Positions 18,848 to 29,092 of a stretch of 64,000 nucleotides of DNA are shown here, in pieces. The notes beneath the pieces were generated by a model. It worked only from the letters and a program-made list of their open reading frames with translations. It had not been told where the DNA came from and searched no databases. Each line of letters begins with the position of its first letter. Within the stretch, counting starts at the first letter, position 1. The translations under genes and the position numbers were made by a program. Source of the stretch: an uncultured Bdellovibrionales bacterium (lineage in GTDB: Bacteria; Bdellovibrionota; UBA1018; CAIPTA01); NCBI GenBank assembly GCA_964612065.1, contig CAZTCD010000002.1, positions 28,008-92,007 on the forward strand, given 5' to 3'.

Positions 18848-19482
18848 GAGCTTAGGTTCCGGCCTTCAAGGCTCTCTTTAGCCTCAGATTTCACTTCAAC
18901 GTCTGGTTTTTCCTTCATCTCATGAGTCTCGCTGTCTTTAACTCCCACTTCCTCGAGCTCATGTTGCAGGCCCCAGAGCCGTCCCAGCACGGCGGGCGCA
19001 TGCGTGGCGAGGTACGCCAGGAAAAGGTATTTCAGGATGCGCCCGGCGAATACCATCACGAAAAGATTGGTGAGAGTCATACCGGCGAGAGCCGCGATGG
19101 CCACGGCCGGATGCTGCATCAAGGGGCTCAGAGCCACGAGGAAAACTGCCCAGGTTCCCCATTGGTCCATCAGGTTTTGGGTCCAGATCCAGGCGGAGCC
19201 CTGATCGATGCCGGGCACGATCTTCAACAGAAAAGGCAGGCCATGCTCCTGCAGGAGTGCTCCGAGCGCCAGGGTGCCGAGGCTTGAGCCCAGCGTTACC
19301 ATGAAGGCCGTATAGATCCAGCGCTTCGGGGCGAGCATCACTCCGCTGATCAGAAGTCCGTCCGTGGGGATTACGATGAGAAAGAGATCAGCTCCGGCAA
19401 GGAGACCGATCAGGGGCGCATACCACCAGCGGTCGGCGTGCTTTTGGAGGGCTTTGATCCAGCGCTGAATCCGTTCGTGCAT
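18844..19482 (-). CDS. DedA/VTT-domain family membrane protein
   Basis: YAPLIGLLAGADLFLIVIPTDGLLI resembles the DedA re-entrant loop motif. Four-nt stop/start overlap with the upstream GT-C-like gene. Confidence 0.65.
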   Translation of the reverse strand: MHERIQRWIKALQKHADRWWYAPLIGLLAGADLFLIVIPTDGLLISGVMLAPKRWIYTAFMVTLGSSLGTLALGALLQEHGLPFLLKIVPGIDQGSAWIWTQNLMDQWGTWAVFLVALSPLMQHPAVAIAALAGMTLTNLFVMVFAGRILKYLFLAYLATHAPAVLGRLWGLQHELEEVGVKDSETHEMKEKPDVEVKSEAKESLEGRNLSS

Positions 19483-19507
19483 CTCCTAGATTCTATGTCG
19501 AAAAGGC

Positions 19508-19536
19508 AAAAAAAAACCCGAGGTTTGATCCCCGGG
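19508..19536 (-). terminator. Rho-independent terminator downstream of rplX
   Basis: Minus strand reads CCCGGGG-ATCAAA-CCTCGGG (7-bp stem with one G.U) followed by U9. Confidence 0.5.
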
Positions 19537-19559
19537 TGTTTCTTTTTACCAGGCTGAAA

Positions 19560-19877
19560 TTATGCTTTCAGTTCCGAGCCCGACTTTTTGAAAATACGGC
19601 TCTTCTTGTCGCCCTTGATCTGGATCTTCACGCGGCCGCCCTTGCTGGTTTTAGGATCCACGAGAAGAACATTCGAATAATGCACGGGAGCTTCTTTCTC
19701 CACGATGCCACCCTGAGGGCTCTTCTGGCTGGGCTTGGTGTGGCGCTTTACACGGTTTACGCCTTCCACGCGCACGCGCATTTTGTCCACGAGAAGCTCG
19801 AGCACTTTGCCCTGCTTGCCTTTGTCTTTGCCGGCGATCACTTCTACCAGATCACCTTTTTTTACTTTGAATTTCAT
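19560..19877 (-). CDS. rplX: 50S ribosomal protein L24
   Basis: [25 protein letters not shown]...[16 protein letters not shown]... aligns closely with L24 (KOW motif [14 protein letters not shown]). Confidence 0.8.
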   Translation of the reverse strand: MKFKVKKGDLVEVIAGKDKGKQGKVLELLVDKMRVRVEGVNRVKRHTKPSQKSPQGGIVEKEAPVHYSNVLLVDPKTSKGGRVKIQIKGDKKSRIFKKSGSELKA

Positions 19878-19903
19878 AAAATCAAACCTTTCAAGCGGCT
19901 AAC

Positions 19904-20053
19904 TTAGCGCTTCTCTTTATGCGTGGTGTGCTTCCGGCAAGCGCGGCAGAATTTGTTCTTCTCGAGCTTATCGGGAGTGCGGGTTTTGTTCTTGGTGGTT
20001 CCGTAATTGAAACGGCCACAGGCATCGCAAACGAGCTGGATAAGGGTACGCAT
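19904..20053 (-). CDS. rpmG: 50S ribosomal protein L33 (Cys-containing, zinc-ribbon form)
   Basis: Hand-translated 49 aa: [49 protein letters not shown]. It is below the ORF-track length cutoff. ATG shares 1 nt with the rpsR stop. Confidence 0.8.
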   Translation of the reverse strand: MRTLIQLVCDACGRFNYGTTKNKTRTPDKLEKNKFCRACRKHTTHKEKR

Positions 20054-20268
20054 TAGAAAGCTCCATTAGGCAGAAGAGCAAGCTGGCGGGCGCGCTTCAC
20101 AGCGCGGGCACAGGCTCGCTGTTGTTTTGCATTAAGACGGCTTACGCGCGAGGCAACGATTTTTCCGCCCGGCGAAGTGAATTGGGAGAGCATCTCCACA
20201 TCTTTATAGTCGAATACCATGTCTTTCGAAGGACGAGGACGACGCTTGAAAAAGCCTTGTTCAGCCAA
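20053..20268 (-). CDS. rpsR: 30S ribosomal protein S18 (Cys-free form)
   Basis: ...[48 protein letters not shown] matches the S18 core. Confidence 0.8.
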   Translation of the reverse strand: MAEQGFFKRRPRPSKDMVFDYKDVEMLSQFTSPGGKIVASRVSRLNAKQQRACARAVKRARQLALLPNGAF

Positions 20269-20609
20269 AGGAACCTCCTGCAGTTGTTTCTGTGCTCCAA
20301 TCCCCCGGAGCCTTCATAGGCACCATGGTCTAAGGAGGGGGTTTGGAGAGAGGTCTTTATGCCTCGCTTTCCTTCCAAAATCAACGCTTTGTGGGCCAAT
20401 TCCTGGGGAAAAGGAGGAGGGGTTGCTCCCCTGCCCTGCCGCTCACTGGAGCGAATGCCCTAGGTGAAGCAGTTCATTCGGGTGGCCTTTCTTTCCTTGA
20501 AGCGCAATGTCAAAGAGAGGGGGTTTTTCTCAACAATATCTTCAGCTTCCGCGCCGGAAATATGAGATAAAAGGGACAAAGATTCCCGTCTGAATAGAAA
20601 GGCATTCGC

Positions 20610-23348
20610 TTGGAGAAATTCACTTATCTCAGCGCGCAGAACGTTGGTTATATCGAGGACCTTTTTCAAACCTTTCTTCAGAACCCCGCCTCTGTTGACC
20701 CAGACTGGCGGATGTTCTTTGAAGGAATGGAATTCGCCAAGAAAATCGGCGGCGGCGGCGGGGCTGTGTTCTCCGAGAAAGAGATCAAGGTTTACGATCT
20801 CATCCGTTCCTACAGAATTTACGGGCACCTGAAAGCGCAGCTGGATCCGCTGGGCCTGCAGAGCCGCACCTGCGCGGAGCTGGAGCTCGCCACTCACGGC
20901 CTGGACGAAAAGGACCTCAACTCCTCCTTCACGGTGGGAGCCGTGGTGGGCATGAAGGGCGCGAAGCTCAAAGAGATCGTGGCGTTCCTCGAGAAAGTTT
21001 ATTGCGGGCACGTGGCGGTGGAGTTCACGGATTGCCCCCCCGAGATCCGCAAGTGGATGCTCAAGGAATACGAGCAAACCGCCTTCACACTCACCGAAAA
21101 AGAAATGCTCGAAAGCCACCATTGCCTCACCAGAACCGAGGCGCTCGAGAAATTCATCCATACGCGCTTCGTGGGAGCCAAGCGCTTCTCTATTGAGGGC
21201 GGCGATGCCCTCATGCCCATGATGGAGCACCTCCTTCGCCTCTCCGCGCAGGAGGATGTGCTGGAGATCGTGATTGGCATGGCTCACCGGGGCCGTGTGA
21301 ATATGCTCGCCAATTACTGCGGCAAGCCACTCGATCTCATCTTCTCGGAATTCGAAGGAGCCTTTAACCAGAACCAGGGTTACGTGGCCGATGGCGACGT
21401 GAAATACCATATGGGCTTCTCTTCCGACCGCAAGGTGGACGATAAGACCGTGCATCTTTCCATGGCCTTCAATCCATCCCACCTTGAGGTGGTGAACCCC
21501 GTGGTGAGCGGGATGACCCGGGCGAAGCAACGCCTCCGTAAAGACAACCGTGAGCGCAAGCGCGTGCTTCCGGTGGCCATCCATGGCGATGCCGCCTTCA
21601 TCGGCCAGGGCGTAGTACCGGAAACCCTCCAGCTCTCGCAGCTTGAGGGTTATGCCGTGGGTGGCACTCTTCATCTGGTGGTGAATAACCAGGTGGGCTT
21701 CACCACGAGCCCCGAGTATTCGCGCTCCAGCACTTACTGCACCGATGTGGCCAAATCCCTTCGCGTGCCGGTGATTCACGTGAATGGCGATGATCTCCAG
21801 GCCTGCTTGTGCGCCATGACTCTCGCCTATAAATTCCGCCAAACCTTCCGGCAAGATGTGGTGATCGATCTCGTTTGCTACCGGCGCTATGGGCATAACG
21901 AGGGTGACGAGCCTGGCTATACCCAGCCCGTGATGTACAGCAAGGTGAAGGGCCACCCCACGCTGCGAGAGATCTTTTCCAGCAGCCTGGTGGAGAAGGG
22001 CCTGCTGGGCGAAAAACAACCCGCCACCGATCTCGATCGCGAGATGGATCGGATGCAGGAGATGCTCGACCGTGCCCGCAAAGACGGCGTTACTCCCCGC
22101 TTCTTCACTCTTGAGGGCGTATGGAAAGGCCTGCGCCGCCCGAATCCCCAGGATTTCTGGGTGAAGGTGGAAACGGGCGTGGAAAAAGCCACTCTTCAGC
22201 GAGTGGGAAAGATTCTTACCTCCTGGCCGGAAGGCTTCACCCCGCATCCCAAGCTCGTAAAGCAGCTCGAAGGCCGCAAGAAAATGATGGAGCCCGGGGG
22301 CGAGCTCGACTGGGGCATGGCGGAACTCCTCGCTTATGGCGGCTTGATCGCCGAAGGCATTCCGGTGCGCATCTCGGGCCAGGACGCCGGCCGCGGCACC
22401 TTCGGCCATCGCCACAGCATCTTTCATGATCTGAACAATGGCACGCGCTACTCCCCTCTCAATACGATCCAGCCCGACGTGGCGGATTTTGCCGTGCACG
22501 ATTCCTCGCTTTCGGAATACGCCGTGCTGGGCTTCGAATACGGTAACTCCATCACGGATCCGAGGGCTCTCACCATCTGGGAGGCGCAGTTCGGTGATTT
22601 CGCCAACGGCGCCCAGATCATCATCGACCAGTTCATCGCTTCCGCGGAGAGCAAATGGCAGCGGATGGCCGGGCTCGTGCTGCTGCTGCCACATGGCTAT
22701 GAGGGGCAGGGGCCTGAGCATTCGAGCGCCCGCCTCGAGAGGTTCCTCCAGCTCTGTGCGCAGGAGAATATGCAGGTGGCCTATCCCACCACTCCGGCGC
22801 AGATTTTTCATCTGCTTCGCCGGCAGGTGATCCGCGATTGGCGCAAGCCGCTTGTGGTGATGAGCCCGAAATCGATGCTGAGACACCCGAAAGTGGTATC
22901 CCCTCTTTCGGAACTCGAGAAAGGCTCCTTCCGTGAGCTGATTTCCGATCCAGCGGCCAATAAAGAACCCGAGAAGGTGAAGAAGGTGATCTTCTGCACC
23001 GGAAAGATCTATTACGAGCTCGCAGACGAGCGGGAGAAAACGGTAACCGACGGATCGGTGGCCATTATGCGGGTGGAGCAGCTCTATCCGCTGCCTACGG
23101 AGCAAGCGCTAAAAGAACTGCGCCAGTTCCCCAACCTCAAAACGATTATCTGGGCCCAGGAAGAGCCCAAAAATATGGGAGCCTATTCCTTCGTGGCGCC
23201 GCGGATGCAGGAGGCTTTTATGGAGCTGGCCGGCAAAGGCGTGAGCTTCCGGTATGTGGGCCGCACGGAAAGAGCGAGCCCGGCCATCGGTTCGCCCAAG
23301 GTGCATAGTCAGGAGCAGCTCGAGATCATCAAAGGATGTTTTAAATGA
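20610..23348 (+). CDS. sucA: 2-oxoglutarate dehydrogenase E1 component
   Basis: 912 aa. Motifs [39 protein letters not shown], and a transketolase-like C-terminal domain. Apparent TTG start with GAAAGG upstream. Confidence 0.95.
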   Translation: MEKFTYLSAQNVGYIEDLFQTFLQNPASVDPDWRMFFEGMEFAKKIGGGGGAVFSEKEIKVYDLIRSYRIYGHLKAQLDPLGLQSRTCAELELATHGLDEKDLNSSFTVGAVVGMKGAKLKEIVAFLEKVYCGHVAVEFTDCPPEIRKWMLKEYEQTAFTLTEKEMLESHHCLTRTEALEKFIHTRFVGAKRFSIEGGDALMPMMEHLLRLSAQEDVLEIVIGMAHRGRVNMLANYCGKPLDLIFSEFEGAFNQNQGYVADGDVKYHMGFSSDRKVDDKTVHLSMAFNPSHLEVVNPVVSGMTRAKQRLRKDNRERKRVLPVAIHGDAAFIGQGVVPETLQLSQLEGYAVGGTLHLVVNNQVGFTTSPEYSRSSTYCTDVAKSLRVPVIHVNGDDLQACLCAMTLAYKFRQTFRQDVVIDLVCYRRYGHNEGDEPGYTQPVMYSKVKGHPTLREIFSSSLVEKGLLGEKQPATDLDREMDRMQEMLDRARKDGVTPRFFTLEGVWKGLRRPNPQDFWVKVETGVEKATLQRVGKILTSWPEGFTPHPKLVKQLEGRKKMMEPGGELDWGMAELLAYGGLIAEGIPVRISGQDAGRGTFGHRHSIFHDLNNGTRYSPLNTIQPDVADFAVHDSSLSEYAVLGFEYGNSITDPRALTIWEAQFGDFANGAQIIIDQFIASAESKWQRMAGLVLLLPHGYEGQGPEHSSARLERFLQLCAQENMQVAYPTTPAQIFHLLRRQVIRDWRKPLVVMSPKSMLRHPKVVSPLSELEKGSFRELISDPAANKEPEKVKKVIFCTGKIYYELADEREKTVTDGSVAIMRVEQLYPLPTEQALKELRQFPNLKTIIWAQEEPKNMGAYSFVAPRMQEAFMELAGKGVSFRYVGRTERASPAIGSPKVHSQEQLEIIKGCFK

Positions 23349-24592
23349 AAGTAGAGATCAAAGTTCCCGCGGTAGGTGAATCGATCAACGAAGCCACGAT
23401 CGCAGAGTGGATGAAAAAAGACGGCGATCAGGTGAAGAAGAACGAAGTGCTCCTGAGCCTGGAAACGGATAAAGCCACCGTGGAAGTGGTGGCCGAGAAT
23501 GAGGGCAAGCTCTCGATCAGCGCCAAAAAAGGCGATGTAGTGAAGATCGGTGCCACTGTGGGTTCGATCGATACCGCTGCAGTTGGAGCCACCTCCTCTG
23601 CCTCAGCAGCTCCCTCAGCTCCTCCTCCCAAGCCTTCGGCACCGCCGCCCGCTCCGGCGGGCGCCAGTGCCAAAGAAAGCGGAAGCCATGATGCTCTCAG
23701 CCCTGCCGTGCGCCGGGTGGTAGACGAGCGCGGCCTGGATCCCTCCAAGATCCAAGGCACCGGCAAAGACGGCCGCATCACCAAGTTCGACGCGGAATCG
23801 GCTCCTGCGCCCGCTATTTCAGTGGGTGGAGGCATGAGTATGCCGGCCCCCGCTTCCCGACCTCTTTCCGCGCCTTCTTCTGCTGGTGCCGAGGGCGGAT
23901 CTCGCCGGGTGCCGATGACCAATATTCGCAAAAGAATCGCCCAGCGCCTCGTGGAGGCCCAGCATACAGCAGCCATCCTCACCACCTTCAATGAGTGCGA
24001 TATGAGCGCTGTGATGGAGCTGCGCGCCCGCTATAAGGATTCCTTCAAGGAGCGTTATGGCGTGGGCTTGGGCTTCATGGGCTTCTTCGTAAAGGCCTGT
24101 ATCCAGGCTCTGAAATTCGTGCCGGAAGTGAATGCCTTTATCGATGGCGAAGAAATGGTTTATCACGACTACTACAACGTGGGCGTGGCGGTGGGCACCG
24201 AAAAGGGCCTGATCGTTCCGGTGATCAAGAACGCCGAAGATCTTTCCCTGGCCGGTATTGAAATGGCCATCCGTGATTTTGCGGTGAAGGGCAAGGAAGG
24301 CAAGATCTCTCCCAATGATCTTTCGGGAGGCACCTTCACGATTTCGAACGGCGGCACCTATGGCTCGCTGATGAGCACTCCGATCCTCAATCCTCCCCAG
24401 AGCGGAATCTTGGGCATGCACAAGATCGAAGAGCGGCCGATCGTGGTAAATAAGCAGATCGTGATCCGCCCGATGATGTATCTGGCGCTTTCTTATGATC
24501 ATCGGATTATCGATGGTAAAGGCGCCGTTACCTTCCTGGTGAAGGTGAAAGAGGCGATCGAGGATCCCCAGCGCCTGCTCCTGGAGGTGTGA
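23345..24592 (+). CDS. sucB: Dihydrolipoyllysine-residue succinyltransferase (E2)
   Basis: N-terminal lipoyl domain (ETDKATVEV), A/P-rich linker, C-terminal catalytic domain (DHRIIDG). Four-nt overlap with sucA. Confidence 0.9.
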   Translation: MKVEIKVPAVGESINEATIAEWMKKDGDQVKKNEVLLSLETDKATVEVVAENEGKLSISAKKGDVVKIGATVGSIDTAAVGATSSASAAPSAPPPKPSAPPPAPAGASAKESGSHDALSPAVRRVVDERGLDPSKIQGTGKDGRITKFDAESAPAPAISVGGGMSMPAPASRPLSAPSSAGAEGGSRRVPMTNIRKRIAQRLVEAQHTAAILTTFNECDMSAVMELRARYKDSFKERYGVGLGFMGFFVKACIQALKFVPEVNAFIDGEEMVYHDYYNVGVAVGTEKGLIVPVIKNAEDLSLAGIEMAIRDFAVKGKEGKISPNDLSGGTFTISNGGTYGSLMSTPILNPPQSGILGMHKIEERPIVVNKQIVIRPMMYLALSYDHRIIDGKGAVTFLVKVKEAIEDPQRLLLEV

Positions 24593-24593
24593 G

Positions 24594-26003
24594 ATGAGCC
24601 ATGAATTCGATCTCGTATTCATCGGAGCCGGCCCTGGCGGCTATGTGGGCGCGGTACGCGCAGGCCAGCTCGGATTAAAAACAGCGATTGTGGAAAAGGA
24701 GCCTACCTTGGGCGGCACCTGCTTGAATGTGGGTTGCATTCCGTCCAAAGCGCTGCTTGATTCCTCCGAGCATTTTTCCATGGCCGGCCATGAATTCGCC
24801 GACCATGGGGTGGGAATCTCCGGAATCACCCTCGATCTCCCCAAGATGATGGGGCGGAAAGATAAGATCGTAAAAGACCTCACCAAAGGCGTGGCCTACC
24901 TGATGCGCAAGCATAAGGTGCAGGTGTTCGAGGGCACCGGCAGGATCGCGAATCCGAATACCGTGATCGTGACTGGTAAGGATGGCAAAGCCGCAACCGT
25001 AACCACCAAAAACATCTGCATCGCCACGGGCTCGGTGCCCAATTCCCTTCCCTCTCTCCCTTTCGACGGGAAGAGCATTATTTCCTCGACTGAGGCATTG
25101 TCGCTTCCCCAGGTGCCCAAGCATCTGATCGTGGTGGGCGGTGGAGTGATCGGCCTTGAGCTGGGCTCGGTTTGGCTGCGCCTCGGTGCTTCCGTGAGCG
25201 TGGTGGAATTCACCGATCGCATCTGCGGCGGGATGGACGGACAAGCTTCCGACACTTTGAAGCGGATCCTGGAGAAGCAGGGCTTTAAATTCCATATGGG
25301 AGCCAAAGTAACCGGGGCTCGTATCAGCGGATCCGGAGTGGCGGTTTCGATGGAAACCCGCGATGGGCAGGCGCTCGATGGCATCGAGGGCGATGTGGTG
25401 CTCGTGGCCACGGGCCGCCGTGCCTATACCGATGGCTTGGGCCTCGATGAGCTTGGCATCGAGCGCGATAAGGCGGGCCGTGTGGTGGTGGATGATCATC
25501 TGCGCACCAAGAAGTATCCGAATATCTATGCGATCGGTGATTGCATCGCCGGCCCCATGCTCGCTCACAAGGCGGAAGAGGAAGGCGTGGCGATCGCGGA
25601 AACCTGCGCGGGCAAGAAGGGCCATGTGAACTATCTCACTGTGCCTGGCATCGTATACACGTGGCCGGAGGTGGCCAGCGTGGGCTATACCGAAGAGCAG
25701 CTGAAAGAAAAAGGCGTGGAGTATAAGGCTGGAAAATTCCCCTTTACGCCTAACGGCCGCGCCAAAGCCATGGGCAGCACGGATGGCTTTGTGAAGATTC
25801 TGGCGGATAAGAAAACCGATCGCGTGCTCGGCTGCCATATCGTGGGCCCGCGGGCTTCCGATATGATCGCGGAAGCGGTGATGGCGATGGAGTTCGGCGG
25901 ATCGGCGGAAGATATCGCGCGCGCCTTCCACGCCCACCCCACTCTGGCGGAAGTGATGCGGGAAGCGGCTTTAGCTGTGGACAATAACTCCCGGCAGATG
26001 TGA
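24594..26003 (+). CDS. lpdA: Dihydrolipoyl dehydrogenase (E3)
   Basis: GAGPGGY FAD motif, redox-active GGTCLNVGCIPSK, and the C-terminal HAHPTL interface motif. Confidence 0.95.
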   Translation: MSHEFDLVFIGAGPGGYVGAVRAGQLGLKTAIVEKEPTLGGTCLNVGCIPSKALLDSSEHFSMAGHEFADHGVGISGITLDLPKMMGRKDKIVKDLTKGVAYLMRKHKVQVFEGTGRIANPNTVIVTGKDGKAATVTTKNICIATGSVPNSLPSLPFDGKSIISSTEALSLPQVPKHLIVVGGGVIGLELGSVWLRLGASVSVVEFTDRICGGMDGQASDTLKRILEKQGFKFHMGAKVTGARISGSGVAVSMETRDGQALDGIEGDVVLVATGRRAYTDGLGLDELGIERDKAGRVVVDDHLRTKKYPNIYAIGDCIAGPMLAHKAEEEGVAIAETCAGKKGHVNYLTVPGIVYTWPEVASVGYTEEQLKEKGVEYKAGKFPFTPNGRAKAMGSTDGFVKILADKKTDRVLGCHIVGPRASDMIAEAVMAMEFGGSAEDIARAFHAHPTLAEVMREAALAVDNNSRQM

Positions 26004-26446
26004 TCGCATTGCCTGCGCACTGGCTTCTTTATCTCTGGAATCTGTACCCGCCCTTCCTGGGATCCGGGATCAGGATTGTTCATATTGAGCCTGACTTCTC
26101 GTGCGTGGACGTGCGGCTTCGCCTTCACTGGTGGAACCGCAACTATATCGGCACCCTCTTCGGCGGCTCGCTCTATATGATGTGCGATCCCTTTCATATG
26201 GTGATGCTGATCAAGCTCCTGGGCACCAGATACCTGGTGCGCGATAAAGGGGCGGAGATTCGTTTTCTCAAGAAAGGAGAGAACGAGGCTCATGTACGGT
26301 TCGAGATCAGCTCCAAGGAAGTGGCGGCGATCTGGAACAGCGACGAAGAAGTGCAGGAGAAAGAATTCCTCGCCCTCGTACGAAACGAGGAGGGCGAGGT
26401 GATCGCGGAGGTGCGCAAACGCCTCCATATCCGGAGAACGTCTTAG
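26000..26446 (+). CDS. Hotdog-fold protein (DUF4442/YiiD_C-like putative thioesterase)
   Basis: 148 aa with the hotdog pattern (...GTLFGGSLYMMCDPFHMVM...). Four-nt overlap with the lpdA stop, so it is co-transcribed with the OGDH operon. Confidence 0.5.
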   Translation: MIALPAHWLLYLWNLYPPFLGSGIRIVHIEPDFSCVDVRLRLHWWNRNYIGTLFGGSLYMMCDPFHMVMLIKLLGTRYLVRDKGAEIRFLKKGENEAHVRFEISSKEVAAIWNSDEEVQEKEFLALVRNEEGEVIAEVRKRLHIRRTS

Positions 26447-26448
26447 GC

Positions 26449-27048
26449 TCAGTTCTTGGAGAACAGGGCTTTAACCAGGTAAACGCTATAGGCATCCCTG
26501 GATTCCGTTACGGGAAAATTCTGCCACTTGAGGAGTTGGTCCTTGTTCGCGGGGTCGAGCGAGAACTGCAGCTCGACGGGCTCTCCCATGCGGATCGACC
26601 AATGCCCCTGGTTCATCACAAGGCGGTAGTCCTTCCAGGTTTTTCCGTCATAGCTGGCGGGCTGGATCACCTTGTACTCCGCCACTTCGGTGCCCTTTGA
26701 GATCAGGCTGGGCTCACCGAACCGGGTTCCGAGATCGAGGGCTTTCGCCTCGAAGGCTGCTTCCACACGGGATTTCAGCAGGGCTTCGGATCCCTCGGGG
26801 GCCTGGAATTTCTTGCAGAGCCAGGTTCCCCGCATCTTATGCCAGCACTCGAAGCCTTTTTTCCTGAGCAGGGCGAGCTTCATCTTGCCGGCATCCGTAA
26901 AGGCGTGGGCGATCTCATAATGGATTTTCTGCCGCACCTCGAAGCTTCCGTTAAAGGAATAGACACCCTCCTCCGGCGGGGAGAGTTCAGGGGTGGCGAG
27001 CGCGGGAAGAGGCAGAAGCAGGAAAGCGAGCAATGTTACACGGTTCAT
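26449..27048 (-). CDS. Secreted hypothetical protein
   Basis: Signal peptide MNRVTLLAFLLLPLPALA. Last gene of the hmgA-led minus-strand operon. Confidence 0.45.
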   Translation of the reverse strand: MNRVTLLAFLLLPLPALATPELSPPEEGVYSFNGSFEVRQKIHYEIAHAFTDAGKMKLALLRKKGFECWHKMRGTWLCKKFQAPEGSEALLKSRVEAAFEAKALDLGTRFGEPSLISKGTEVAEYKVIQPASYDGKTWKDYRLVMNQGHWSIRMGEPVELQFSLDPANKDQLLKWQNFPVTESRDAYSVYLVKALFSKN

Positions 27049-27788
27049 TGGTGTTTCTCCTTGAGTTGGCGTTTGTCGTTGAGGAAGTAGAAAAGGAAAT
27101 AAATGGCGGTGGATACCGGCACCAGAAATCCCAGGTAATAGGCGCGCAGGAAGAGATAGGAGGAAATCGTGGAGCCCAGCACGAACGAAACAATAATGCC
27201 GGCTCGCGCTTTCGTGGCAAGGCGGTCATGGTTCAGGCGTTCGGGGCTGATCCGCCGCTCTCCAAAGAGGGTGCGCACCAGGCCGACGGCCAAGTCTGTG
27301 GTGATGCCGGTCAGGTGCGTGGTGCGCACCACGATTCCCTGGCTGTTGGTGATCAGGGCGTTTTGAAGGCCGCTGGCGAGGCAAAGAAGCACGAGGAGAA
27401 CGTAGTTGCTCCGGCTTTCCATCCCTCCACCGAACACCCCGAAAAATCCCAGCTCACCGAGGATCATGGCGATCGTGACGCAAAAGAAAATCAGGATACT
27501 CGGAACCATATAGTTGGCGCGCTGCCCGGACGACTGCGGGAGGTCCACGAAATAAGAAGTGACCATCGCTCCGAGAAGAAAAAACGCGGGCACGCTGAGC
27601 ATTCCGAGAGCCGCGCCCTCCTTGTGGCTTGCAAGCTCAAAGGCGAAATGGGTGGCGAAGCCGGTGGTGTGGGTCACGAACCGGTGGGCTGAGATAAAGG
27701 CCCCGGCATTGATGGCGCCGGCTTGAAAGGCGAGAAACCACCAAACATAGATGTTACGGCGGTTGAGGTCTACAAAACGGTTGTTCAC
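27045..27788 (-). CDS. DUF1275/YoaK-family membrane protein
   Basis: Six-TM protein with the conserved ...NALITNSQGIVVRTTHLTGITTDLAVGL... block typical of YoaK-like proteins. Confidence 0.55.
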   Translation of the reverse strand: MNNRFVDLNRRNIYVWWFLAFQAGAINAGAFISAHRFVTHTTGFATHFAFELASHKEGAALGMLSVPAFFLLGAMVTSYFVDLPQSSGQRANYMVPSILIFFCVTIAMILGELGFFGVFGGGMESRSNYVLLVLLCLASGLQNALITNSQGIVVRTTHLTGITTDLAVGLVRTLFGERRISPERLNHDRLATKARAGIIVSFVLGSTISSYLFLRAYYLGFLVPVSTAIYFLFYFLNDKRQLKEKHQ

Positions 27789-27791
27789 GGC

Positions 27792-28244
27792 TCAGTCTCG
27801 TTTATCGCCTGGGGCTTTTTCCACCACCGCGATCGTGCAGCGGGAGGTGCAAACGAGCTTGCCCTCATCGTTCTTGATCTCGATGGCCCACACCTGGGTG
27901 CGCCGGCCGATATGCACGGGCTTGGCCTCGCCATGCACCTTCCCCGCGCCTTCGCTCACGCCTCGCACATGATTGGCGTTGATCTCGAGGCCCACCACGA
28001 TCTGCCTGTCCATGTCGATATGCACGCAGGAGGCGCAGGAGGCCAGGGTTTCGGCGAGCGCCACGGAGGCGCCTCCGTGAAGCATGCGGTAGTATTGCAC
28101 GGTTCTTTTGTCTACCGGCATGCTGGCGCGCATGCCGTCGGTGCCGAGGTAAGTTACTTCGATGCCGAGGGCGTCCATCAGGGTGGAAGGGGCGGGTTCG
28201 CGGATCTTTTCCCACAGGCGGGCGATATTGCTTTCGTGGTTCAC
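27792..28244 (-). CDS. PaaI/YigI-type hotdog thioesterase
   Basis: MLHGGASVALAETLAS...G...HIGRRTQVWAIEIKNDEGKLVCTSRCT is the 4HBT/PaaI thioesterase signature. Confidence 0.65.
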   Translation of the reverse strand: MNHESNIARLWEKIREPAPSTLMDALGIEVTYLGTDGMRASMPVDKRTVQYYRMLHGGASVALAETLASCASCVHIDMDRQIVVGLEINANHVRGVSEGAGKVHGEAKPVHIGRRTQVWAIEIKNDEGKLVCTSRCTIAVVEKAPGDKRD

Positions 28245-29092
28245 GGCTTCGCCTCCGGATTTTCCTCGGGCTTTGGTTCGGCGGGCGCGGGAGGAGGAGT
28301 TTCCGGCGGGTTATCCTTCTTTATCTCCGCTTCCACCTTCGCGGATCGAAACTTGTTCTCCAGTGGCTGAGTGACGAGTGCCAAGCGCACTTTGAGGTCT
28401 CGTAAGATGAAGATATTGACGCCAAAATCGCTTTTCAGGGGCAGGCGGTTCCTGGCGCGGAGGTCGATAGTGGACTGAAAATTGTCTTTTGGGTCGGCAC
28501 GTACTTCGAGAACAATGTCATTCACGAAGTGATAGGGCGACCAAACGGCAGAATACTCAGCGTGAAGAGTTTTTCCGTCGCTGAATTCCAAGGTCCATTC
28601 GGGGAGTTGTTCACGGATTACTTTGAGCGCTTCGGAATATACATCGGCGGCGGGAGCGCCCACTTTCACGCCCTCGAAGCCTGGGAAGCTCAGAAGCTGA
28701 GTGGCGGCCAGAGCGGGTTCGTAATCTCTTTGGATTTGCAGGCTGGGCTCGAGAAACTCCGCTCCCTTTTCCACCCGGAAGGGGTAAACGGGGTGCACGA
28801 ATTTCGGGGGATTCCGCGGGTCCGTGGTCAGATCGTGCACGGGGTTCATGTAATAGAGGTAGCCCAGGCCCCCTAAGGCAATGAGGGCCAGAAGGCCCAT
28901 AAAGAAAGCAAACCAGCTGGTGGTTCCGGCCTGAATGAAGCGGGATAAGGAGGCGAAGAATAGCAGGCCGAGGCCCAGTACAGCGGCGATTGTCAAAGCC
29001 GCTCCCGCAAAGGGAGAAAGAAGATAGAAAAAGGAGCCGGCCAGGGAGCCGGCGATCACGATCAGCAGCAGAAGCGTTGCTTTGGATAACAT
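28241..29092 (-). CDS. DUF1499-like membrane protein with 3 N-terminal TM helices
   Basis: Start moved to Met 29092 (a TAATG overlap with the hmgA stop). The C-terminus (VNDIVLEVRADPKDNFQSTIDLRARNRLPLKSDFGVNIFILRDL) resembles DUF1499. Confidence 0.45.
   Translation of the reverse strand: MLSKATLLLLIVIAGSLAGSFFYLLSPFAGAALTIAAVLGLGLLFFASLSRFIQAGTTSWFAFFMGLLALIALGGLGYLYYMNPVHDLTTDPRNPPKFVHPVYPFRVEKGAEFLEPSLQIQRDYEPALAATQLLSFPGFEGVKVGAPAADVYSEALKVIREQLPEWTLEFSDGKTLHAEYSAVWSPYHFVNDIVLEVRADPKDNFQSTIDLRARNRLPLKSDFGVNIFILRDLKVRLALVTQPLENKFRSAKVEAEIKKDNPPETPPPAPAEPKPEENPEAKP

Noticed and set aside
20460-23105. 881-aa ORF on the minus strand, antisense to sucA
   Set aside because: The plus-strand product is unmistakably OGDH E1. 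Long stop-free antisense frames are expected in GC-rich coding DNA. The same applies to 43895-46282 (antisense to gcvP), 39270-40862 (ahcY), 24675-25937 (lpdA), 13853-14923 (pepN), 59633-60607 (pyrC-like), 48288-49352 (secF) and 35690-36412 (hppD).
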